Source: Perna viridis
Taxonomy: Eukaryota
Direction: 5' to 3'
Assembly (NCBI GenBank): GCA_037379345.1
Contig: CM074511.1
Span: forward strand, 50,226,862 to 50,290,861
DNA: 64,000 nt
Shown here piece after piece: positions 12,362-25,392 of the stretch (position 1 is its first letter; every line of letters starts with the position of its first letter). The notes below the pieces were generated by a model. It had not been told where the DNA came from. It saw only the letters and a list, made by a program, of their open reading frames with translations, and did no database searches. The position numbers were made by a program, and so were the translations under genes.

Positions 12362-15300
12362 TTAAAGAATAGTACAGCCCCAACAACATTGGTCCGGGTA
12401 TGTCGGGGCATGAACTTTGCAGTCCAGGCCATATACAAAATAGTCCAGGTCCTTGCTCTTTGCTTTATAGTAGCACTGTGTAACTGGAACCATCCGTATC
12501 ACGTGACGCTGGAAGTATAAAATTCATATATTACATAGTATTATGTACTGCTTTCAAGGGTGTGCAGTAAATATTTGATTACCAAAATTTGTATAGTTCT
12601 TTCGTCTGATCTCTATTAGTAATCTTTAAAAATAGTGCAGAAAATAATGTGAAACTTTAAAGAAAAAAACTGAAAACACAAAAGTCTTCTTCTACACTGT
12701 TCCCATGTTTACTAAGACACACACTATTTACTTCTCGAAGGGGAAGGTTTGTGAGCAAATTGTGTATATTTTAAAATTTACACTATTGTGTAATAGGAAG
12801 GCCTGAGTAAAAAATTAGTAAAAAGAATTAACCACCCCCTCAAATTTAAAATTTTAAAATCCCAACCTCCTACTAGCTATTAATCTGGTTGTTGTCTAGT
12901 AATTAGTTTCTTTTACCTGCATAAGAATCCGACTATTGGGAATGTTACCGTGTTCATTCACCAGTCGATGTGATGCCTGGTTTATTTCACCCTCAGGAAA
13001 CATAGCTATTGGTAAAACCTGAAAAATAGCAAAACTTAACATCTTGGTCTGCAGTGGAAACAGGAAACAGTTCTTTTTATAAAAATACCATTCGGCTAAA
13101 ATTGACATTTTAAAGACGAGAGGGTAAACTATTCAGTGTTCTGTTCGTTATTTTTTTTCTGTTTTGAATATCCAAGTTTGAAGTTCTTTACTTCGCAATG
13201 AACAAACCATTGTGAATATTCAAACGGAACTATTCAACTTCTTGACAAAGCCACATTTTCTTTAATGTAGACGACAACAATGCCCGTGGTTCTGGGAAAC
13301 TCTAACACGAATCTCACAACATTTGTTACATGTTTGTAATGTCTTTCAAAGACCTTAGGCGCATTACAGTATCACATGTGGAAACGCAGTTACTAACCCT
13401 TGGTTGAGTATCTTGGAATCCCAGAGTTCCTGCGACATCTTTTATTAATTCATCGGGTAAGTCAGTCTTCTCCACAATATGGTGTCCCATGTGATTTTTC
13501 CTGAAAAGAACAAAACATGATTTACATTTAAGTAATATAAAACAATGGTTGTGTCGTCAAGCTGATCATGATTTCAATGGTGGTGAAAAAAAAAATGATT
13601 TTGATTTGTTATTGTAGACCCATGTGTCAAGGTATACCCGTACATATACAGCGCAATAATTTGTTCTGTGATCTTTTTATTTCTTCCTTGTGTTTAATAA
13701 TGATGTTATGTGTAAATCCAATGCGTATCTAAGCGGTTGGACCAGTATGTCTAAATAAAAAAATCCAAGTTTCCTTATTGGTAGGCAAGCATATATAAAC
13801 GGTAGGACCAGAGTGTCTAAATATAAAATCCAAGTTTCCCTAATGGTAGACAAGAAACTTTTTGAAACTGACAATGGTCTATAAAAACATTAAACGCATG
13901 CAGTCTGGGTATCAGTTTTCATGTACTTACCAGGTGATAGTTAACTGAATAAACCATTTAACTTGAGTTGTTCCGTCACATGTCGGACAAACTACTCGAC
14001 CAGAACCATTACATCTCCCACACCTAGATAATACATATCAATGTTCGGTACAATAACTTTGGAAAGTTGTATGAAATGACAAACAGCATACTAATGTTTA
14101 CAATTAATGAAAGTTCTAAAATCGTGAATGAAGTAAGACATTGATACTGGTCAATATTATGTAATTCAGCGTAAGAAAATATAGAATTGAATGACTTGGT
14201 GATGTGTGTCATCTCGTTTTTAACCACCAACTTCAATCGCAGATTCTCGGCCAATCTCGGGATCCGAGCATTGCCGGGATTGGCCGAGGATGTACCGATT
14301 GCAACAACTTACGTTCTTTTTCCAGATCCATGACAACTTAAACATGTCCTATGAACGGTTCTCCATCCATTTTTACGTTTAACTCGTCGCCTTCTCTTAC
14401 CTCGTCCATGACAAGCTCCGCATCGTTTCTGAAAAAAAAAATAAATGAGAAATCGAGTGTCCTATAAGGCTAAAAACCACTAATTCCACTTCCCATAGGC
14501 TTCTATGCTAATTTCACAATATTCAATGGCTTCTCTGGACTTTACCTTAACTTTAACCTGCAGATGACTATATATCAGCATGATTCTACATATGTCAGCT
14601 CACAATCCTCAGAATGGCATGTGGGGTTAGCAGACTTGCAGTGCAGTACTGGTCACCGGAAGTGAAGGGTCTATAAATAGCATGGGAAATCCCAGTGTTT
14701 TCACAAGATAGGGGTATATTTAAAAATCATTATGGAGATTAGGCTTCACATCACAAGAAGCAAAATGCACCTATAAAATGTACAGAAATGTTTTTCCTTT
14801 CAGAAACTGTTTAAATTTTTAAAATAAGATGAGAACTTTTTTCACAGCACTATGAGGAACAGGGGTAATTTCTGCGTAGGACTATTTTTGCGTACGTTCC
14901 AAATGCTCATTGGTTGAATTGGTGGTCTGTAACCTATATTCAACACGTACTTAACTGATTGATGCGTCTTGTTTGTTGGTTGTTTTATGATATCTACAAA
15001 GCTTTAACAATAGTGGTTCTAGGAATTTTATGGTCGTTTAACATTTTCTAGCTGATATAGACTATTTCCTTTTCGTCAATATCGTAGATGTTTGAAAGAT
15101 AATGTTTGTCTTACCCTGCCTCTACCACTGCAGGAACTACAAATTAGATATCCTTTGGCAGAACATCTGTGGCAATTCTAGAAAACAAGAAACAATAAAA
15201 TGCATTTTGAAATGTTATATAGGATTTTGGAGTTTAGCATTAAGTTTGTAACAAAATGACTGAACTCATAATCATGATTCAGGAAGAGAATATTAAAAAA

Positions 15301-18300
15301 AAATATACAAACTGGCAATATAAAGGAGAAACCGGAAAGTGAAATTATTCGTAATGTGTCCTGGCTTGGTACAGACATTCCAATGTGAAATGTTGGGTTA
15401 AATCAGGTTTGTATGACCAGCCAAACCACCCGCCTTTACAGTGGCCTTAATAGTTCTGGTGTAAGTTGTGTTGTGCACACAAGAATCAAAATGAATAAAA
15501 CAGTAGTCAACTCAGCGTTTGACTGGACAACTGATGTAGTGAAAACACACCAGTAATGATTTGTTCCGTTGGTACAGAATAACCTACGATATTTCAAGAT
15601 ATTGATATCGACGGGAGAACTTTTTAAGAAAGGTTAAGAAGTCAGGTAACAAGATCACGATGGGAGTTTTTTTTTTAAATCTACGTAATTATTGCAGACT
15701 ATAGTTGTCAAATCAATTGTGAGATTAAAAACCCACATACAGGAGAAGCAAGTAAGCTGCTATACATATGAGGAACGTCAATAATTTGGAAATCAAACTA
15801 GTTCATTTTTCATGAAGTCTAGTACTGAAGAGACCACTGGTGTCAAATTGAGAAAGTGTGTATTAAAATGAGGCGGATGAAGCCATTTATGTAGTTTTCT
15901 GGAGGATATCACTTGATAGTTATCACGTCAAACTGATAGCCAATCAATTTCTCTGCAAAACACCGATTTAGTTGCAGAAAGAGGTGTGGATGGACGAACG
16001 AATGGAGACATCATAATTACAATACTTCTCCTGCTTTCAAAGCGATGTGTATACACATCACAAGCAATGACCAAGGTCACTTACAACAACCTAATATTTG
16101 TAACGCTGATTTTTTTACCAAATGGAGTAACACGAATAGGCGACATCCTTTGCACCTATGCTTCTATTTTGTATACATGTATCAAGTTTCATTTCGATCC
16201 ATCAATTCAAAATAAATTTTGAGATAATGGAGGAGCGGTTGATTAAAAGCCTTCTTCCACGGGATTTGCTTTCGCAGAAGACAAAGATGAATCAAAGTAC
16301 AAGTTGGTGCTTTAGATAAACACACCTTTCCCACAATCCGATAAATCTTCCTATTCGAAGTAAAGTAGCTCTTTATCGAATGACTTTTGTCTTCAAATCA
16401 ATTTCCTATTTAATATTTTTATGACGGCTTTTGAAACAACATTCAACATGAAAAAAAATCATAACACGGGTTTTGTTTTGCATGATTCCTCACCATAACG
16501 CTAGCTGTATGCGGAATTTCCATGGTTCGAATCTCATCCTGGAATAGGTCACAAGGTTGAGAGACTATATCCCATGGTCCAGGTGCGGGTCCATTGTGTG
16601 GTCCATCAATGGGCTGGCCTGTTAAATACCACATAATAGAATCATTTATTAGTATTAGAAATAACATCGTTCCGGAGAAGTCCCCCTTTTATAGTTTGAA
16701 ATATCATTGCATTTTCCCCTTACATATGTAACCACTGAGCCCAAAAACATTACATGGTGTTACAAATGACTCCACCTTCCATGCAAACACGAATAAAGAC
16801 TAAGTATACAAATCAAAATGCATTTTTTTTATCTTATTGAAATGAACATTAGTTTTCTTTGAATCGGTGTCTTGGTATGTCAGATTACACTTCAAGATGT
16901 TTTAACGCGAATTTAATTAGTGCCAGATACAAATTTAGATGTTCAATTTATATTCCCTTTGGTCGTGAAATACTTTATGATCAATGGATTTAGAAAATAT
17001 ATCTCCATGTTGGTATTTATGTAACTCTAAATAAAAACTTTCATCCCACCCCGAAAAAGCATACTTGTTCCAGTAATATTACATACTATATTATCATGAC
17101 ATAAAACAATACATGACAGAAACAATTGATTTGAAAACATGTTTATGTACATATAATTGTATTTTTAACAGTGTACCCTCCCTGTTGAACATGATCAGAG
17201 AATCCTATGATAGAAAAAGGAACAGAAATGATGAAATTCAACAAATGCACCATCGTATACCCTTTATAAAAATTGTAAATACTTAATACTGAAATCACTA
17301 AAAGGTCTTCAATACGAGTAACACGCAGATATCAGAATATAATTCCATACATTTACAGACGAAATGAGCTAAGTCTTATATCAAGAGAAACAACAATGTA
17401 TCTTTGCTCGTCACTGGTATTTTCTTTTCGAATAATATATATAATATATGTATTTCATTTATGATATGAAGTAGGTCAAATCTGAAACGCTCCCGAACAA
17501 ACAAAATTACTACCACTATTTAAGGCCGTTTGGTCCGACCGAATCTTGGGCCGATATATTTACATTCGTAAGACTGATAACTTCATTTTCGTAAACACTT
17601 TGATGACTTTTTGGCTATATCTGTCTTGGTAAAATAATATGATTTGATCTGTATTAAGCTAGAGAATATTTTCCGATACATATTTAGTTCTCTCTCGCTT
17701 TTAACAATATACGAAAATATATTAGTTTGCCATGTTCATTCGTATTTACCTCCTGCATGAACGTGCTTACTTTATATGACATAAGTTTAATGAAACCAAG
17801 TTGGTATTAAATACTACTCTTTACGCTCCTTTCGTGCGCATTTAATATATATAAACATATTCCAATATGTTTTAACCGTTTTTTTTTTATGTTTGCCATG
17901 TTCGAGTTGTGCAAAACGTTTCTAAAAATGACTTATCAACATATAGAACGTCACCTTTAAATGGTACACTCTCCCAGTTTGTAGCCCTCTGTTCTGTATA
18001 GGTCTCTAAAATATACTGAAACAAATAGATGACACTGAACTGATGTCTCGCTTTGTAGTTTTCGTTTTGAAAGTAGTTTGTAAAACTCTTTTTTGTATAA
18101 TCTTAAGCTAAATATATAAATGTTTTGTTTTCACTTGAATTGTCATTAAAATATGACTACATCTTAATCTTTCATGTAAAAGACAAACTGAAGCTTAAAT
18201 TCACAGTAGGTTACGTTTGTTGATCTAACAGGAAGAACAAATACACATTCACTGGTTTAAAAAATACGAAAGAAATTAAAGATCCGTTCACGCCTTTTAC

Positions 18301-20590
18301 ACGCCCGTCTTTTGATGGCACTTGTTGGACTCTAAACATGAAGAAAGGAGGAAACGACTACACAATTATCTTTAATATAACACAACTCTTCATGGAATAA
18401 TGTTTTGAAACAAGTTATATTGGTTACAAACGAATGAAATATCTTCGTAATTCAAATACATGAAGCGTGCTTCAAATATAATCAACAAGATATTTTCCTA
18501 GCTTCGACCTACATGATAAGAGGTAGAAGACTGGAGATTTATAAACTGAAGTTTTTCTGCCGTTCCTTTCCCCCAACAACACTGCGTCTCTACAAACTCC
18601 AAAAGAGCTTTTCTTGCAGTATCTTCAGAGATTACCGGGACCCTTTAAAGCAAGCAAATATTTCCATTTTTAGTCTGATTTTTTGTAGGTTTTTGTTTGT
18701 TTGTTTGTTGTTTTCTTTTGTTTGATTGAACCGGCACTTGTCCATTTTATGGTCTTATATTTGTCTCAGTAAATTAACCATTCAGTATCTCGAAGTTCTA
18801 AATGTAAAATTAGCCAGGTTAATGCTCTTCGAGATATTTGCAAAAACACTACTTAAAGACAGCTAGCTTGAATACCACTAAATACATATAGCATTGATAT
18901 GTTCCAGTAATATTTGATTCAATGCACAAATAACTTCACTGCATACAACATTTACATATAATTGCAACTTTGAAGTCGATCTATGTGGTTGCATCTAAAT
19001 AGAAACTTGACTCACTTAGCAAATTCAGGTTGTTTGTATTCCGAAGGTTTCGGTGCATGACTGGGAGGTGGTGGTAATAAGGCTGGAAAATACAACATTA
19101 ATTTCAGCAATGACAAATGGGAATACCAAATGCTTTTGAGAAAATAGAGATCGACACGGGCGTTGAAATATATCAGTGCTTTACATTGATAGTGCAGTGC
19201 ATTTACGTTTGATTCAGTAGACATGACTTGAAATCTAGTTTAACAATGAAGAAGGGAAAAGCTTTCAATGAAGGTGAAACTATATTATTGCAGCAAGCGC
19301 CTGTAATCAATGAAGACACTATCTTTATTTAAATTATCAAATATGGAGCCTTGTAACATAAAACTTAATTATGTTTCTGCCTAAAAACCAAGCAGGGGTG
19401 ATTCATCATATCTTCTAAAAGATAATCGTTGAAACTGTATAAATACATTTGTTGGGTCCTAAAAACAACTCTTTCTATGCTCATATTCTTGAATCTGCTA
19501 CTTATCGTGAAATATTTGGGATCTCCTATATATATCCTGAATATTTGGGATTACGAAAAGCATGAATCACCCAATATAAGCCTCAGCCTGGTTTTAGTTG
19601 CACTTAAAAACATTTTCACAATACACAGTACCATACATTAGGTTGTTCAGTGAGTTGAAGGAAAGGCTATAAAAACACGTTAACTTACAAGCATCGAATC
19701 TAACACTTGGATAGCCAGGCACACTTCCGATATCGGAGGGTGGTTTTATTTTTGCATTTTCATCTATACCCTCGCCTGCTACAACTGAAATTAAACAAAC
19801 CAATGTTTTAGTTGTTTCATTCTAAGCTAATTGGCATGCTTAAGAAAGAAAAAAAAAGCACACAGTTTCAATTTTTAAGCCTTCACTATATAATTTTGTT
19901 GTTTATTTTTCTCATACATGTATCATTAATTATCAAAGTCATTTTCATCTATTCCCAACAAAGCTTAAAAATGGTATCGCAAAATGTTTTAATTGGTCAT
20001 ATCAAGAAAGAAAGGTGTATAAATATCGCCAATATTAGTGACATGTAAACGTGTTATTTTTTCGAACACAACAGTCATCACAGCGATATAAATTAAGCAT
20101 ACTGATGGAATCGATAATGTAAACAAGCCAGACTTCCCTTGCTAATAACCCTCTAAAACGAAACCGAAAATAAATCGAAAACATTCGATTTTGTTGTTAA
20201 TTATTTAGGCTTCCTGTTTAGCCTTGATGGTTTGAAACAGTCAGCATTTACCGGCAAGCTTGAAACATCCCATAGCTCTACAAACGTATCCACTGCTCAA
20301 TGAATAAAACGTTTCTACAGCTATGCTTATTAAACCACATAAGTACTACCTGGCACTGTATCATCAACATCATCTTCTCCACTTTCATCCTGTTCGCTTT
20401 CTTCTGATGGTCTGTACAAAAGTTAATACTACATATATACATCAAATCATATTACAAGTATAAACAATAACAACAAAACAAAAGACTAACGCACAAATTG
20501 GAAAATAATACACAAATCATACAGTATATTTTTAAATTGCAGTAGATACAATTAGACAAATTTTAAACACTACCTTGATTCTTTTTCCAT
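12362..20590 (-). CDS. SSUH2: SSUH2-like protein, paralog A (13 coding exons, 393 aa, C-terminal CaaX)
   Basis: Exons 20574-20590, 20350-20411, 19689-19784, 19016-19082, 18513-18642, 17955-18015, 16494-16618, 15115-15177, 14313-14428, 13931-14023, 13398-13500, 12917-13018, 12362-12508. All introns are GT-AG and the total is 1182 nt in one open frame. Motifs: ISEDTARKALLEFVETQCCWG, YILETYTEQR, GQPIDGPHNGPAPGPWDI, six CxxCxGxG-type repeats, and C-terminus VYGLDCKVHAPTYPDQCCWGCTIL*. A minus-strand AATAAA lies at 12133-12138. Confidence 0.93.
13732..13856. repeat. Two-copy tandem duplication of about 67 bp
   Basis: GGACCAG..TGTCTAAATA..AAATCCAAGTTTCC...GGTAG.CAAG occurs twice. Confidence 0.7.
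14468..14934 (+). mobile_element. 467-bp element with short imperfect TIRs (putative solo KolobokP-type LTDR), copy 1
   Basis: Ends are GGCTAAAAACCACTAATTC and GAATTGGTGGTCTGTAACC. Near-identical inverted copy at 52547-53013 (about nine substitutions by eye). Flanks are TAA and TAT. Confidence 0.8.
15600..16280 (-). mobile_element. Degenerate HINE/Helentron-like remnants
   Basis: GGATGGACGAACG microsatellite remnant, plus AAGGTCAC and ATCAAGTTTCAT motifs typical of these elements. Boundaries are unclear. Confidence 0.3.
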
Positions 20591-20934
20591 ACTGCTATTG
20601 TTTTTTTCAACATCAGTTTATAAATGTATATTACCATGGCAATGGTCAATCTCGTCTGAATCTCTGACTACGCACTGATAAACTACTAAGACGATTTACA
20701 TTCAACAGAAGCAAAAAGAGATAAGATAAAAAAATTTTGCAACGTTGCGAACTATCAATATCATGAACAGTCAGGCTTAGTTATCGAGGTGTCTGATAGC
20801 GTTAGAGTTCAATCCTCGAAATTAAGTATCAAGGTTTCCAGACTCCGGAGTTCAGAGTGTCGCCATATTTTTCCAATAGTAACTTGGTCTAGTATCACCC
20901 ATACGCAACAACCGTGTTAGCAAACGTATCGGTC

Positions 20935-20937
<3 letters not shown>

Positions 20938-20971
<34 letters not shown>
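20938..20971. repeat. (CA)n microsatellite
   Basis: About 17 CA units roughly 350 bp upstream of the SSUH2-A start codon. Confidence 0.95.
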
Positions 20972-20976
<5 letters not shown>

Positions 20977-23900
20977 ACAACGCATCCGACATTAGATACG
21001 TATAAAGTAATAAACATACTTCTCGCTGGCTAGGTTGATAATACCATGTGAAATATAACATTCTAAGACTCTTTAGACCACAGCCATGGTAAAAAAATGA
21101 TAAACACATAACCAACATTTCGTGCAACACATAGGCTGAGCCTATTCAAAAATACCATGAAGCTAGTCCTATTAAAATCGAATAAATCACGGAAACTCCA
21201 TTTATCTGAAAACAGGGTCTTTGAAAGCATTTTTGTTTTGTGACTTCGCAGTATTAACAGGTACAACATTTGTTATGAGATTCCAGATATTAAGTTTACT
21301 TTGTTCTAAATGCACAATTCATTTATACACGTTATCTAACAAATTATTATATATAAGAAAAGATTACGATTTAACTATTTGCACAATGTTAATAAACAGA
21401 TCATACAAATTAGCCGTATTTAGATGTTCCCTAATATCACAATGAACATTAAAATTAGACAAAAATTAATCAAAGTTTAAGAACAATTTCTTTTTATTAT
21501 GAGCAATCACACATAAATCCATAAACTATCACCCAAAGCTATCCACTTTAATGTACTGCAAAGACAGAGAAAAGAAGGTGATGTGTAATGTTTGGCTTAC
21601 ACGGCAAAACACAATTACAAATAAACTGGTGATAGAAACCAGATGTGGGTCTGCAAAATACCATAATACAGTAGTCCCATGTGGATTCCCAGTAGGATTA
21701 TCATTATTGATCGTAAACTATAGTTTGCCTGCGATTAACTAGGTTTAGCGGCCGCTGACTACAGTTTTTGAGCGATAAACCCAGATAATCGATGTTTTGT
21801 CGCTTGTCATAGTAGTCAGTAGAAATAAGAACGATATTGAGAGATATTGAGAGATTCAGAAAGGTTAATCGCATTTCTGGCAAAAAGCTATTGATGGCAC
21901 GACCCGGTATAGTATATTGATTTATGACAAATAAAATATCCTAAATGGTATATAATAATAGCAAATATGCGACTCCAATTCATATAGACAATGCGGGGAA
22001 AGGACATAGTCCACTAGCGACCTCTACTTTCAAAAATAAAAAATGCACTTGTAAACGAGTAAAATGTGACAATATAAGCAAATGTCCCAATTAAACATTT
22101 TAGCTACCGTACTTGCTATACTTAATTTAAGAAAAAACTTTTATCAAGATAACATATATCCAGTCTTCCCTTTTAAATTATCACACAATCAACTGGCGAT
22201 CGTTCTGTTATGGCAACCCGCTATGAACAAGAAAATAAATCTACTACTTGAACCCTTATGAATAGAAGAACATTCAAAAACTCAAGTTGAATGTACAATC
22301 AATGTCTAAAATGGTTATATTAATAACTTAGGTAAACATGATATTCGATATATAGAACTTTAAACATTTTAACTACATGAACATTAAATGTTTCTGTTCA
22401 TGGTGCGAGTCTAATGGCAAGACATGCGCATCAGTGTACAATACTAATTGACCAACTTACACAATATACCTTCTAAATCGACTGGGGGAAAAGAGGCCAT
22501 GTTGCAAGAATTGAATCCAGTGGAGGATAAAAACGTGGGTTCAAACGAAACACTTACAGTCAGCTGTAAAACAATGGTTTTCAGTTTATCATTGCAGACC
22601 TGTATACAGATGGTTGCTCTAACCATCATTAAGTCCGAGGCGATTACATCATAAATAGATATATCAAATGCTTAGACTGTCCCATTTATCTGATTTATAA
22701 CCCAACGCCACATTTTTAATTTCTGACAGACGCCTGAATCCTTAGAATAAAAAAAATCTAAGAAAAATAGTAAGATCATTTTTGTGTGAAATATTGATGA
22801 AAGTGTTCTACTTAGCATTCACCATTTTCTAAAACAAAAACAAAAAACAAAACAAAGCAGACTAGACATTGCCTGAATAAAAACTAGAATATGAAAGTGA
22901 CACTACTTCCGCAAGGCGTAAGCTTCTCAGACAAGATGAAAACGACGACGCTACACAGTATGACGAAAACGACTTTTTGCCCAAAGATGAAACGTACGCA
23001 AAGGCATCGCATGAAAGGAAGGACATGTCAACTAAACCAATGTTACACAAACTGCGGAAAAGGGAGTTCATTTTAAAACTGAGGCAGGGACAGTGTCAGT
23101 TTATATCTTTATACAAAATAAATAACTAACAGTTAATCTGTATAGTTACTTTCCGACACGTGTATATACATATATGCCCCAAGCAGGTTTAATTGTTTTA
23201 AAGACGTCTTCCTCATACACAGAACATTCCGAGAGACACACATAAAATACTAAGCTTATTGTGGCTACAACCGTGTTATCATCCCATTGTTCCATCAACT
23301 ATAATTGTTCATCTCCATTCTAAATATCCTCCAAAATGAATTGTCAGATACAAACATTATATAAACATTCAATACAACTCTATTTGAGTAATATCATATC
23401 CTATTATCAGACGACCTATTGAAAACACGAATTCTTAAAGTTGAATTTACATATTTGTACTTGGTAAGCAAATACTTTTACCTATAGGTCTTACCTGACT
23501 TGTGGCATTATTCTGATAGCTTTAGACATCGTTAAGCCACCGCTTTTATATGTAAATCCTACTAGATTTAGGCCACAATAAATCAATATAAGCCAAGATT
23601 ACGACAAAATTCCAGTTGAACTAATAATAGGTTTAAATACAAGAATTTTTAATTTAAATTTTAGGATTTGTCATCTTGATATTATTACAATACCAAACTA
23701 TGTTTAAAGCTTAATTGTGGTTAGATTTTAGAACACATAAAATTATCAACTATACACATCTTTTGTCATTAATGTAACAAAAGTTTTGTTTCAATCGATT
23801 CTTTGTTAACCTTCAATACAATAAATACTGCATGAAGTCGTGTAGTAAAACATGACTACTTTTAAAATCAATATATGAGCCAATTAACGGTGCTTAAATA

Positions 23901-25392
23901 TTTAAGTCGGGAGAACTATATTTAAATCTCACAACAAAATTTTAAAATTCTTCTGCAGTAATAGACAGTTATCTTCCTTTGTATTTGTTTATAACTGCTG
24001 ATGAAATTATTCCTTATTTTTTAAAACACTTGTAACGCATTATTGATATATGATTAGTATTTTTGTATTTGGAAGATTTACGAAAGTTTTCACAAGCTCA
24101 GTTGTCCGACTTATCTGACTTGAATAATATAACAAATTATTTACCGAAATTTGAAGTATCACAAAGTTTAAATACTAGTACCCTTAATAACTGAGATTTT
24201 CTTGTTTTTCACATGGTAGAACTTCTGAATTCTGAATTGGGCTTCCTATTTATAACTACTTTATGCGGAGGGTGGAATCAGCCTTTATAGGTTTTATGGT
24301 ATATGTGTCCGTTATGTCAAGTCACATTTTTTAAAACATTGATCGTGTTTTGTTTTGTTTTGTTTTCGTAAAGAGACCGGGAAATGATATTCAAATTACC
24401 ATTATTTCTACTTCTGCTAACAGACACACAAATATTTCTCGAGTTCTATTTCTTTCCACAACATTGACAACTTCTCTAAGCATGTCAATAACTCTTATGG
24501 AATTGTTTTAAATTAATAGATTTTAACGCACATCAGGTCGAGTTACAACCACACACGTGTAGTTGGCAGTCTTTATAGATATCAGACAGGAGATGATACA
24601 TGCATGTAAAAATCCACTTTTATTTCTAGTTCAGAAACAGTTAGAGATCAAATAGCCAATAGGTGTCAGTTTTTCATTCGATTGTTGCACTCTTGAGATA
24701 AAAATCACATAGATTGTATATAAAATTGACATAACAATCATCACCATCTACACTTATAGGGAACGTGTATATCAAAACATTTTCATTACACCACACAACA
24801 TATAACGATAAAGACTTTAGAATGAAAAAGAAATGTATTTAATAAAATAAAACAACTTACAATACAGACAACCATTTTGTTTGTAAAAAATGCCCGACAT
24901 AAATAATGAATTGATGTAGATTACCGAGCATCGAGTAATTAATTAGCTTAACACATCAAACTCTATCGATCGACCTACCACAATTTGCTTGGTATTTTTA
25001 TAAGAAATTTCTGTTTGGTATATGATCGGTAAGTAATGAAATTGAAAACACCTCTGTAATAAATTTCTTTTGTTTATCAAATCATATTGAAATATTATCC
25101 AGACATTTATGATTATTCTTGCTTATAAAAAAAACAAGAAACTGTAATTCCAAATCACAAAGCAATACAAATCGGTCTTATTTTGCTTACCAAAGTCATC
25201 GATCAACCCATTTAAGACCGGTTAGTGTTCAATTAACACAAACATAACTGATTACCATCCAAAATATGACAGATCAGTTTAATCAATAAATTAAGTCTGA
25301 AAGTCATTGCACAGGGTATCAACAAGTATTCAATCACCAAGATTTGGTTCGTCATAATGGACATAAATATGAAGCAACTCTGTAAAACAAAA

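Noticed and set aside
22440-23130. Moderately GC-rich stretches with open frames of 60-80 codons
   Set aside because: I could not build a consistent spliced model or recognise homology; may be UTR, lncRNA or a decayed exon.
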